Assembly: GCA_951406725.2 (NCBI GenBank)
Contig: OX597816.1
Location: 49,848,001 to 49,912,000, forward strand
Source of the DNA: Octopus vulgaris
Taxonomy: Eukaryota
DNA: 64,000 nt
Direction: 5' to 3'
The notes under the pieces: generated by a model
The model's database searches: none
What the model saw: only the letters and a program-made list of their open reading frames with translations
What the model was told of the DNA's origin: nothing
Made by a program: the position numbers and the translations under genes
Shown: positions 14,461-30,794 of the stretch, piece after piece
Layout: each line of letters starts with the position of its first letter
How positions within the stretch are numbered: position 1 is the first letter of the stretch

Positions 14461-14506
14461 AAAAAAGATTCCTGCTCAGCAGCTGCCCTTTCAACAACAC
14501 GTTGAA
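14304..14506 (-). CDS. Probable C-terminal remnant of CR1 ORF1, overlapping ORF2
   Basis: An open frame runs from the truncation point, [25 protein letters not shown]...SPRCSY*, and overlaps the ORF2 frame. No domain recognised. Confidence 0.45.
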
Positions 14507-14567
14507 TATATATGTATATATATATATGTATATATATATGTATATATATATATACATATATATATAC

Positions 14568-14628
<61 letters not shown>

Positions 14629-14723
14629 CATATATATATACATATATATATATACATATATATATATACATATATATATATACATATATATATATATACA
14701 TATATATATACATATATATATAC

Positions 14724-14816
<93 letters not shown>

Positions 14817-14876
14817 TATACATATATATACATATATATATATATTATATACACATATATATACATATATATATAC

Positions 14877-15039
<163 letters not shown>

Positions 15040-15080
15040 CATATATACATATATATACATATATATACATATATATATAC

Positions 15081-15129
<49 letters not shown>

Positions 15130-15134
15130 TATAC

Positions 15135-15205
<71 letters not shown>

Positions 15206-15232
15206 CATATATATACATATACATATATATAC

Positions 15233-15295
<63 letters not shown>

Positions 15296-15314
15296 TATAT
15301 ACATATATATATAC

Positions 15315-15429
<115 letters not shown>

Positions 15430-15486
15430 TATATACATACATATATACATACATATATATATATATATATACATACATATATATAT

Positions 15487-15517
<31 letters not shown>

Positions 15518-15568
15518 CATATATATATACATATATATATATACATATATATGTACATACATATATAT

Positions 15569-15611
<43 letters not shown>

Positions 15612-15700
15612 TATACATATATATATACATACATATATATATACATATATATATATACATATACATACATATATATATATACATATATATATACATATAC

Positions 15701-15755
<55 letters not shown>

Positions 15756-15832
15756 CATATATATATATACATATATATATATACATATATATATATATAC
15801 ATATATATATATACATATATATATATGCATAC

Positions 15833-15919
<87 letters not shown>

Positions 15920-15948
15920 CATATATATATATACATACATATATATAC

Positions 15949-15999
<51 letters not shown>

Positions 16000-16068
16000 C
16001 ATACATATATATATACATATATGTACATATATATATATATACATATATATATACATATATATATATAC

Positions 16069-16103
<35 letters not shown>

Positions 16104-16214
16104 CGTATATATATATAAACATATATATATATACATATATACATATATATATATATAAACATATATATATATATACATATATACATATATATATATATAT
16201 ACATATATATATAC

Positions 16215-16279
<65 letters not shown>

Positions 16280-16344
16280 CATATATATACATATATATAT
16301 ATATACATATATACATATATATATATATACATATATATATATAC

Positions 16345-16431
<87 letters not shown>

Positions 16432-16689
16432 CATATATATATATACATATATATATGTATATATATATACATATATATATTTACATATATATATATACAT
16501 ATATATATATATACATGTACATATATATACATATATATATATATACATATACATATATATATATATATACATATATATATATTTAAAAAAAAGGAGATGT
16601 CGAACACGAGTGGTGATATATAAAAAAGGAAATGAAGAAAATGCTGACAAATAATTGAAGTAATTTAAGTAATTTAATTAGGTGAAAGT

Positions 16690-16736
16690 TCTTTTTACCG
16701 GTTGCGCATTTGTTATGCTTATCAAAATATAAAAGA
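16690..16736 (-). ncRNA. Variant minimal type I hammerhead motif (U3-A8 core, GCAA)
   Basis: Minus strand: TTGATAA-GCAT-AACAA-ATGC-GCA-ACCGGT-A-AAAAGA. Helix III is the palindrome ACCGGT. Helix I is weak or bulged. Confidence 0.55.
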
Positions 16737-16752
16737 GAGATTAGAGTCTGTC

Positions 16753-16975
16753 TCTTATATGTGAAAAAAGAGGCTCCAGAGTTGTTTGGGATTTGCTTGG
16801 TTTCGCGCCTAAAATTTTGATTGGTCATTATGAAGGGGTCACGTGAATGTTTGAATGGAAGTTGGTGTTGGGGTAAGAAAAAAGGCTCCAGAGAAGTTAA
16901 AATTTGGCTAGTGTCCCGCCTAAAATTTCTTATTGGCCATAATAAAGAGGTCACGTGAACGTTTAGAATTTTCGA
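16753..16975 (-). promoter_or_regulatory. Candidate pseudo-LTR Pol II promoter: two diverged ~95-bp modules plus a TATA-like box
   Basis: Each module has a CCAAT box (16820-16824, 16932-16936), a GTCACGTG E-box (16838-16845, 16950-16957) and an E2F-like site (TTTCGCGC at 16801-16808; TGTCCCGC variant). Minus-strand TATAAGA starts at 16759. Confidence 0.45.
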
Positions 16976-17496
16976 AAATAGTGTTGTTGAAAATTCTTAT
17001 TGTTCAGGCTGGTCAGTAGACGTCATGTGGATATTTTAAATAGCTTTTTAGCGCGTAGTTAGGGAGTGTATTTTCCGCTTGACTGGATAAGTAAGTTCGT
17101 TTAGAACAGGGAGAGCTGTATGTATGTATGTGTGTGCGCGCGCGCGCGTGTGTGTTTATATGTATGTTGGGGTTCGCGCGCGTGTATATATGTGTGTGTG
17201 TGTGGGTAAAATTTTCAATATTTATAGTTCTGCTGGCCTTGTGCCTGTATCGGGAAGCAACGTATTTGTGTGAAGTCAATATTTACAGCCATTTCCAAAA
17301 ATAGTGTTGGATGTTTTGCACCCGTATTCAATTATATGTATGTGTGGAACCATATATTTGTGTGTGTCATGGTGTTAATATCTGGGTAAAGGTGTGTGTG
17401 GGGTGTGTGCAGGTGTAAGTGTGTTTGTTGTGGGTTCGTGTTAGGGGCATGTGTTTAGAAGTGGTCTGTATTTATTAATAAGGTGGGATTCCATGG

Positions 17497-18108
17497 TTAT
17501 TCGCTGGGTATGAGTGGCATTGTCTTTAAATTTGTAGAGGGAAAGATTCTAAAATTGGGATGGAGTTGTGCGGCACAGGTATCAATATGTGCACTAAATG
17601 CTATTTTTCTATATTCCTGTATTTTTATTTGGGATCTGTGGACAGTCATGCGTTGGCGGAGGCTATTTTTTGTTTGGCCTATGTAGTGTTCATTACAGCC
17701 CGAGCAAGTTAAGACATATACTAGGTTTTCTGATGCGCATGTGAAGTTGTGTTTTACTGTGAAACGTTGTCCTTGTTTAAAAAGGAATTCCGGACCTTCT
17801 ATTAGGTTGATGCATATACCACAGTTGGGTCTATTGCATTTGTTTACTGTGGGTTTAGTTGTTGTGGTTGGCAGTACTTTGGCATTTGTTAGGATGGTTT
17901 TCAATGATTTGGGTTGCCTTTTGCTCTTTATGATTTCGTGTGTTAGGAGGATTTGGTTCATTCTATGGTCCTTTTGTAATACAGGAATGTTCTGGAGGAT
18001 GGTGTCAAAAGCTTCATTGTTGAGGGGGTTGTGTGTAGAGATGTATGGTAGAGTATGGGGTTTCGATGTAACAGGTTTAGGGCGTCTAAGTTCCTGCGTG
18101 CTGAGTTT
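17497..18108 (-). CDS. PLE GIY-YIG endonuclease domain fragment with Cys-rich linker
   Basis: [10 protein letters not shown]...[36 protein letters not shown]. Confidence 0.88.
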   Translation of the reverse strand, partial: KLSTQELRRPKPVTSKPHTLPYISTHNPLNNEAFDTILQNIPVLQKDHRMNQILLTHEIIKSKRQPKSLKTILTNAKVLPTTTTKPTVNKCNRPNCGICINLIEGPEFLFKQGQRFTVKHNFTCASENLVYVLTCSGCNEHYIGQTKNSLRQRMTVHRSQIKIQEYRKIAFSAHIDTCAAQLHPNFRIFPSTNLKTMPLIPSE

Positions 18109-18178
<70 letters not shown>

Positions 18179-18179
18179 C

Positions 18180-18228
<49 letters not shown>

Positions 18229-18517
18229 TATCTATATACATATATATATATACATATATATATACATATATATATATGTACATATATATATATATATACA
18301 TATATATATACATACATATATATATATATATATATACATACATATATATATACATATATATATATGTATATATATATACATATATATATATACATATATA
18401 TATATAGATACATATATATATACATATATATATACATATATATTTATATACATATATATATACATATATATATACATATATATATACATATATATATATA
18501 TACATATATATATACAT

Positions 18518-18596
<79 letters not shown>

Positions 18597-18621
18597 TACA
18601 TATACGTATATATATATATAC

Positions 18622-18664
<43 letters not shown>

Positions 18665-18751
18665 TATATATACATACACATATATATATATACATATATA
18701 TACATATATATATATACATATACATACACATACATATATGTATATATATAC

Positions 18752-18788
<37 letters not shown>

Positions 18789-18937
18789 CATATATATACA
18801 TATATATATATATACATATATATACATATATATACATATATATACATATATATACATATATATACATATATATACATATATATACATATATATATACATA
18901 TATATACATATATATACATATATATACATATATATAC

Positions 18938-18968
<31 letters not shown>

Positions 18969-19005
18969 CATATATATACATATATATACATATACATATA
19001 TATAC

Positions 19006-19040
<35 letters not shown>

Positions 19041-19085
19041 CATATATACATATATATACATATATATATATATATATACATATAT

Positions 19086-19116
<31 letters not shown>

Positions 19117-19263
19117 CATATATATATACATATATATATACATATATATACGTATATATACATATATATATACATATATATATATACATATATATATACA
19201 TATATATGTATACATATATATATACATATATATATACATATATATATACATATATATATTTAC

Positions 19264-19308
<45 letters not shown>

Positions 19309-19603
19309 CATATATATATATATACATATATATATACATATATATATACATATATATACATACATATATATATACATATATATATATATACATATATATA
19401 TACATACATATATATATATACATATATATATACATATATATATATACATATATATATACATATATATATACATACATATATATATACATATATATATATA
19501 TACATATATATATACATACATATATATATATACATATATATACATATAAATATATACATACATATATATATATACATATATATATATACACATATACATA
19601 TAC

Positions 19604-19634
<31 letters not shown>

Positions 19635-19643
19635 CATATATAT

Positions 19644-19684
<41 letters not shown>

Positions 19685-19779
19685 CATATATATATATACA
19701 TATATATATATACATATATATATACATACATATATATATACATATATATATACATACATATATATATACATATATATAC

Positions 19780-19827
<48 letters not shown>

Positions 19828-19831
<4 letters not shown>

Positions 19832-19891
19832 GGCGGTGCCCCAGCATGGCCACAGCTCATAGCCTGGAACTGGAATCAATCAATCAATCAA
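19828..19891 (+). mobile_element. 64-bp 3' tip of the CR1 family (copy C)
   Basis: AAATGGCGGTGCCCCAGCATGGCCACAGCTCATAGCCTGGAACTGG(AATC)n, inside (TA)n. Confidence 0.9.
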
Positions 19892-20026
19892 TACATATAC
19901 ATATATATATATATACATATATATATATACATATATATATATAATTATATATATATATACATATATATAAATATACATATATATATACATATATATATAC
20001 ATATATACATATATATATATATATAC

Positions 20027-20060
<34 letters not shown>

Positions 20061-20082
20061 GTATACATATATATATATATAC

Positions 20083-20157
<75 letters not shown>

Positions 20158-20196
20158 CATATATACACATGTATACATATATATATATATATATAT

Positions 20197-20263
<67 letters not shown>

Positions 20264-20302
20264 AATATGTATATATATATATGTGTGTATATATATATAT
20301 AA

Positions 20303-20347
<45 letters not shown>

Positions 20348-20375
20348 CGTATATATATATATATATATAAATATG

Positions 20376-20578
<203 letters not shown>

Positions 20579-20597
20579 ATATATATGTATATATGTG

Positions 20598-21025
<428 letters not shown>

Positions 21026-21053
21026 AATGTGTATATGTATATATATAAATATG

Positions 21054-21125
<72 letters not shown>

Positions 21126-21152
21126 ATATGTATATATATATATATATAAATA

Positions 21153-21318
<166 letters not shown>

Positions 21319-21375
21319 AATATGTATATATACATATTTATATATATATATATATATATACATATTTATATATAT

Positions 21376-24448
<3,073 letters not shown>

Positions 24449-24553
24449 ATATTTATTGAACTGTGCGGCACGCGTCCATTTCGAAGTAAGCTTATATATA
24501 GCGTGCATATATATATGTATATATATATATATATAATAATGTATATATATATA

Positions 24554-24589
<36 letters not shown>

Positions 24590-24782
24590 TGTGTGTGTGT
24601 GTGCGCTTGTGTTTGTGTGTGTGTGTGTGTGCGTGTGTGTACATGACGTCACGAACTACGTAATCAACAAGCTTGGTAAATACGCAAAACCAAGTGGGAT
24701 AAAAATGTAGACATACGAAGAAACCGAACGAAAGCAATCATGGAGGGTGATTAGAGCAGAATAAGAGGAAATAGTATATATA

Positions 24783-25154
24783 TCTCTCTCTATATAAACG
24801 GCAGTTTTTTTGTGCGTGTTTCTGCGTGTCTGTTTGCTTGTACCCTCACCCTGAACACGGCTTTCAACCGATTCTGATGAAACTTGACACACACATAGCC
24901 CAATGTCATAATTCAAAACTAACGCTGCGAAAATTTTGAAAAGTTCCCCCAGTTCTAAAAAAAATCGATAAAATCGACATGGGGTCGAGAATCAGAAACA
25001 AACCACAGACTGTCTAGGGGACGCAACTCAACCTTTTTTAACTAAAAAAAAAAATTTACCATAATTTTTTGGCTATTTTTTGGCTATAACTCTCTAAAAA
25101 TGCTTTATAGTTATTTCCCTTACAAACCTGAGCAACGCCGGGCGATACTGCTAG
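24783..25154 (+). mobile_element. Non-autonomous Helitron-type element
   Basis: 5' TC(TC)nTATATAAA start, then GTCTGT/GTGC repeats and CCGATTCTGATGAAACTT. The 3' end has a GC-rich imperfect hairpin CCTGAGCAACGCCGGG followed by CTAG|T. No TSD. Confidence 0.75.
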
Positions 25155-25175
25155 TAAATATATATAAATACGTAT

Positions 25176-25239
<64 letters not shown>

Positions 25240-25722
25240 ATATATATATACACATTTGTCTGTATCTGCATGTACATGTGAACGCCCATATATGTATGTA
25301 TATTTGTGATACAGTTTTGAAACAATCAGTCTGTTCTGAGGTGCGTCTTCGGCCGTCCAATTTTCTGCGTACCGAACCCTGTTTTGTGGACCATTGTTTT
25401 GAGTCTCTTATGCTTAAATTTCACATGGCACACATTTACCATTGTCACGGTAGTCGCCCAAGTCTATCAAAGAGACAAAGACAGAGGCCTTGTTATATTT
25501 GCATACATGTAATCATTCATCTTCTCAGTCATCACTCCATATACTCAAGAATACATGTGTAAATATGATAACAGCGGGAAATATTTAACAGACAGAATTT
25601 TATACAATACTACTTAGACAAAGTCATTCTCACTACTGATGGTGCATTTATGCATATCTACTAATGCTATGGAACATAGCAGGTGACATCGCATACACAT
25701 ATATAGACAGGGGCACATTTAG

Positions 25723-25798
<76 letters not shown>

Positions 25799-26307
25799 CG
25801 TATATTTATATATTTGTATATATGTATATATATATATGTATGTATATACATGTACATATATATATATATACATATATATATATGTGTATATAGACAGTAT
25901 ATCTATGTATATGTATATATATACATATATATATGTTTGTACATGTATGCAAATATATACACACATGCACTTGCATATAAATACCCGCAAACGCGCGCAC
26001 GTATACACACACATATATGCATACTAAAAGACACAAACATACTCGTACACACATATAATTTTATTTACATCGATCATCATCCTTCATGCAAATAATATAT
26101 ACATGTATAACTGCCATATTACTCATTAAGTTTTCTCACCTGACCGGCATTAAAGCTGTCGACATGTTGACGTCAATTACAATTGCGCCCGATCAGTTCA
26201 TGATTATAGCAGTTGTGTCATAAATTCTTTCTGCTTACATATCACGTTGTTTTGATTGCCATTTTGCAGTTTGTATAGAAGTATGATTATACTGAAATAT
26301 ATATATT

Positions 26308-26644
26308 ACGGAGATGTACTCGCATAGCAAGTAATTTGATCTGAGATCGTGTGCTGAAACGAAAACAATTGCAGCGTGGAAGGTGTTTGTAAGCCATTTA
26401 AGAAACACACAAAAGCCGTTCGATTCACTTCAACATTTAAGTTTAATTTGTCAAAATATTTTCGTCGCTAAAATCCGCGACCTGTTCACTGACAAAAATG
26501 CAGCACGGATTTTTGTCAGTGAACAGGTCGCGGATTTTAGCGACGAAAATATTTTGACAAATTAAACTTAAATGTTGAAGTGAATCGAACGGCTTTTGTG
26601 TGTTTCTTAAATGGCTTATAAACACCTTCCACGCTGCAATTGTT
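26308..26644 (-). mobile_element. Short PLE-type fold-back insertion: 136-bp inverted arms (26364-26499 and 26509-26644), 9-nt spacer, 15-bp TSD
   Basis: One mismatch seen between the arms. TGAAATATATATATT occurs at 26293-26307 and 26644-26658. Each arm has a hammerhead-like motif. Confidence 0.8.
26512..26561 (+). ncRNA. Variant minimal type I hammerhead motif (G3-C8 core); mirror copy on the minus strand at 26447-26496
   Basis: TTTGTCA-GTGAACA-G-GTCGC-GGATTTTA-GCGAC-GAA-AATATT-T-TGACAAA: 7-bp helix I, 5-bp helix II and palindromic helix III. Confidence 0.7.
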
Positions 26645-27128
26645 GAAATATATATATTTTTCTATAATTTGCCTTAATTTGAAATTATTTGATTCGCATC
26701 CCCCCGCCCAGTGTACTTACTAAATTTATTCACAATATTAATATCTTGCCTATGTTCCAAGCTATGTTTCACTGTTTCAGCTGGATTCTGTACTCGTCAT
26801 ATGTAAATGACTGTTACAGTCATACATTCACTGCTAACCACCATGTAACATATATGTAGGTTTCAGTATTCTTAGTGCGTTAATGTAAACGGTTCGCTAT
26901 ATATTGATATCTATTTACATCCTTTTTAGTCTGAACATTTTGCAACTAACTGAGAATCGATAAAATACCAATGTATTTGTTTTGCTCCGTATAAAATGAT
27001 GTCCAGAAGCTCAGACACATACAAGTACGTATGTGTTTGTGTGTGTATAGTTTTATAAATATATATATATACACAAATATATATATATATATGTACACAC
27101 ATATATACATATATATGTGTGTGATTTC

Positions 27129-27173
<45 letters not shown>

Positions 27174-27657
27174 TATATATATGTCTGTACATACATATAT
27201 GTGAGTGGGTGTTTGTGTGTGTGTGTTAGCAGATAAGTGCGTATGTACAGACACACGCATTTTTATAGATTACTTCTCATGTGTATAGTTAGCATGGCTA
27301 ATTCTTAATTGGCATACTCCTGTGAAAAATAAATTATATACATAATATATTTGCATTGCATAAAGCACATTCTATCAATAAAAATAACAGCCAATGACCT
27401 TCAATAAAGACTAGATTAGTAAACAATTATGAGTTTCAATTTATATATATATATATATATATGTGTGTGTATGTGTGTGTGTTTGTAAATAACTACCATC
27501 TATCACTGCGTATATTTATAGATATGGAAATTATAGTAAATGCTTGCACAAAAAATATCACCCATTGGGCATTATTTTGGTTTTAGCTTAGTGAAGGAAG
27601 AGCATTACACTTTTACTCGTTTTTGCCATTTGAGTGTGGTCATGCCGGAGCACCGCC

Positions 27658-27691
<34 letters not shown>

Positions 27692-27769
27692 ATGGATTCT
27701 TTTGTCGTGAGCGACAAAAGAGGTTTCATTAAAATAAAACATTAATCATGTACTATGCACACGAAAGTG

Positions 27770-29050
27770 TCCATTGAAGCTTGCTGGTTCCTTACAATTC
27801 TTTAAGCAAATGGAACAAGCTGAGGACTCACTTTGCTTGGGTACTTCGTGGATCATTTCCTATGGAATTCATTGGGTGGACGGCAAGAGCTCCTTTGCAT
27901 CGTGCCACACAACCACAATATCTGGTAGAATTTTCCAGTTTGAGGAGCAGCATTTCAGTGTTAGTACGCATGTTTCTACAAATGAAATACTTCATTACTT
28001 ACAGTTTCACATACGTAGTTAAAGAACGTTTGTGAATTTTAAGACAAGTCCTACCAACGGATATTCATGCGGAATATACGGTACGTTATCATGGTCGAAT
28101 GTTATAGGTCCATTTAGGTCGGCCTCGAGAAGCTGTTAGTAAAGCACACTTCATCTCTCAATAGCGAATGGGTTTTTGTTCAGCTGAAAGCATTTTGATA
28201 TAATATGGACGCCTGTGGCAATGGTTCAACGACACTGGTAATTTCTCGGTAATTGACATCAAGGAACTTTTCACTATCTGTGAATACTTAACGGTAACGT
28301 CTATAGCTGTGCATTTCGTTGTGATTAAGACTAATCCCGTCCAAATATAACACGTTATTATGGCAGAGCCGATTATTTGAATATATTTTTAATATTCTAT
28401 AAGTAGTAACCTCCACAGAACGTACATAAATTGTGTTCTTTTAAACACTTAATTTCAAGGTTATCTTTTGTTTCCTAGACAACCTAACTAGCACAAACTA
28501 TTTTATTACCGGATATTTGTATCTCCATGGCTGCTACCGTTTTGCAATTGTCAAGATCAATCGATTCTTCCTTTCAAAAGAAATCTTGGATCTCCGAGTG
28601 CGCTAGGATATCCCTTGTATCAGGCATGATTTTCTGAGAGTATGTAGAGGAACAACACTAAATTGATTCACTGCGAGCAATATCAACAGGCGATATAATC
28701 AATATCCCTCTTCCTTTGGGTACGAGGGTATAGAATTCACCCTATCCTGATTCATTTGGAATATTATTGAAACAGTGCATCTTGGAAATTTTTGAAGCGG
28801 TTACTCCATATTCCAACTCAAGATGCAGTTGTTGACGTTGCCTACATGAGGTGTCCAAGATTTTATCATATCCTATGATATTCTTGAAATGAAAATTTAA
28901 TTGTTATCTAAATGTTGAAAGCGATAATCTTTCATCCGCTTACGTGTCCAGTATCAAGCGCACCCTATTCTAATTCCCGAATAATGATGCGTAAACCTTT
29001 CTTCGGGAGATCCGATAGTATCTCTCACCATTTGACCTTTTATATTGAGA
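27770..29050 (+). mobile_element. Probable heavily decayed BEL/Pao LTR-retrotransposon pol (integrase region)
   Basis: Fragmentary translations SKWNKLRTHFAWVLR (cf. SSWxKLxRVTAWVLRF) and EYLTVTSIAVHFVVI (cf. LFTCLTTRAVHLEVV) occur in the expected order. Many stops. Confidence 0.4.
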
Positions 29051-30229
29051 AGTAGTATCATAGATATTGAATATTGGGGACAGTTTCAACTGAAGAATTG
29101 TGGAGGAATGACCATTCATAAAGCACTTCGATACCACAAACTATTAACAAATTAATCTTACTTATTTAACTCCACAGAAAGTATTGAGTGTGAAGTTATA
29201 TAACTGACATTTCCCTCACTAAAATGTAGTACAACAATTTATCCAGAAGCAATGAAATGAATTATACATACACTTTTGCTTGAAACTAAGTCAGTATCTC
29301 TCATTTATGTTGATAGCGAATTACGTAGCATTTGGAACGAAAACAAGCAATGGTATGAAAGTTGTATTAAGTAATAAAGAACACCATACCTGAACTGTGC
29401 TTCTACGATTGTAGTAATGTATAATGCAGTGTTTAACATCGAAGGCTCGCAACATCCCATGCAGTTGGATCTTTATAGTGTGATGCTTTATAAAATTGAA
29501 ATATTTTTATACTTCTCCAATAAAGAAACAAAAATTCTAAGGATGCGATCTCTATGTTATCTTCACATTTACATGAGACTGGAGCACGAACAATTTGAAT
29601 AATTTAGATTGATAATTAGTATAGGAAGGCTAAGAAAGGATTCTTGCTGTGCCCTCCTCTCTACCAATCTATCACCCTTCATCATCACTCAACGTTAAAC
29701 TCGATAGATGTGCTTTTTAAAATTAAATTTTTATCCCATACTAGCTTTTTCGCCAACAAATCGAAACTTTAATTTACACTTGTAACCTGTAACATATTCT
29801 ATGAAAGCAATCTAATTCTGTCATATAGTCTAGCAAGTGTAATTATATTTCATTGAGTCCAACCTTCTGAAAGCTGCTATTGATAGTGCTTATAGCCAAG
29901 TCAGCATTAACTGAGAACACTTATGATCAAAGACATTGCAGTCAAGAGTATTGGACAACATTATCCAATGTAATATTTTCTAATTTAGAGTATATTGTAA
30001 AGTAAGGGAATTGCGCCACTATTTCCTGAAAGTTGATTAACCATTACATGGATCTTTCATCTCCCCTGAAATCTATATTATCAGGTTGATTGTTTCGGTT
30101 CTATAATATTACAAATTATTTTTATGTTTTACAGCAATGAGGCGGAGTTGTGGCTGTTACTTTATTCTAGTGCACCTAGGAAGTTATGGTCAATTACGCC
30201 AGGCTACCATTCATTTTTCAGTGTATTTA

Positions 30230-30794
30230 TTGGGTTGTCCGGAAAGTTCGTGCCGATTTTTAAAGGAAAGAAAAAGGTCAATAAATACTTGCCATTACAT
30301 TTTTAATCAACCAAGTGTGAACCATTTTGTTGCACAATGCATCTCCATCTTTCCTTTAACTTGAAAATACCCTCTTCCCAGAATTGAGGTGGTTTCATGG
30401 CAAATAATTCATCAAAGTATCTTTTTACGTCATCCAGGAATTGAAATTTTTACCATTAAGACTAATCTGCAGAGACCAGAATAAATGGAAATCCGAGGGA
30501 GCAATATCTGGTGAATATGGCGGGTTGGGTAACACACTCTAGCCGAGCTGCCTTAATTTTTGTCTGGTTTCCAAAGCATCAAGTGCTTAAAATGAACTTT
30601 CTTATCTTCCATTTTAAAGGGTTACGGTATTAACACAGGTTATAGGAACATAAGCCTTATTCTGCGAAAAGATAGCTTAAACTGTGCTCTAAATGGAGGT
30701 GTAGTCAAATTCTATTTTATGGATTCAATCATGTTCAAAAATAAGTCGAAAGTAAAGCTACTACAAATCGGCACAAACTTTCCGGACAACCCAA
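30230..30794 (-). mobile_element. Internally deleted mariner DNA transposon
   Basis: 30-bp TIRs TTGGGTTGTCCGGAAAGTTCGTGCCGATTT (30230-30259 and 30765-30794, 1 mismatch), with TA on the left. Minus-strand translation VLPNPPYSPDIAPSDFHLF...ERWRCIVQQNG. Confidence 0.9.

Larger units (their letters stand above)
11289..14506 (-). mobile_element. CR1-clade LINE, copy B, longest copy (probable ORF1 C-terminus plus ORF2)
   Basis: APE ORF and RT ORF are offset by a 1-nt insertion in a C-run at about 13055. Same 3' tail as copy A. Flanked by (TA)n. Confidence 0.94.
16582..18108 (-). mobile_element. Penelope-like element (Neptune-type), 5'-truncated, with 3' UTR/pseudo-LTR
   Basis: GIY-YIG ORF remnant, then about 900 bp non-coding ending in a hammerhead-like motif. 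Both ends lie in (TA)n. Confidence 0.88.

Noticed and set aside
26383-26625. Pair of near-identical 60-aa ORFs on opposite strands
   Set aside because: A consequence of the palindrome, not evidence of coding.
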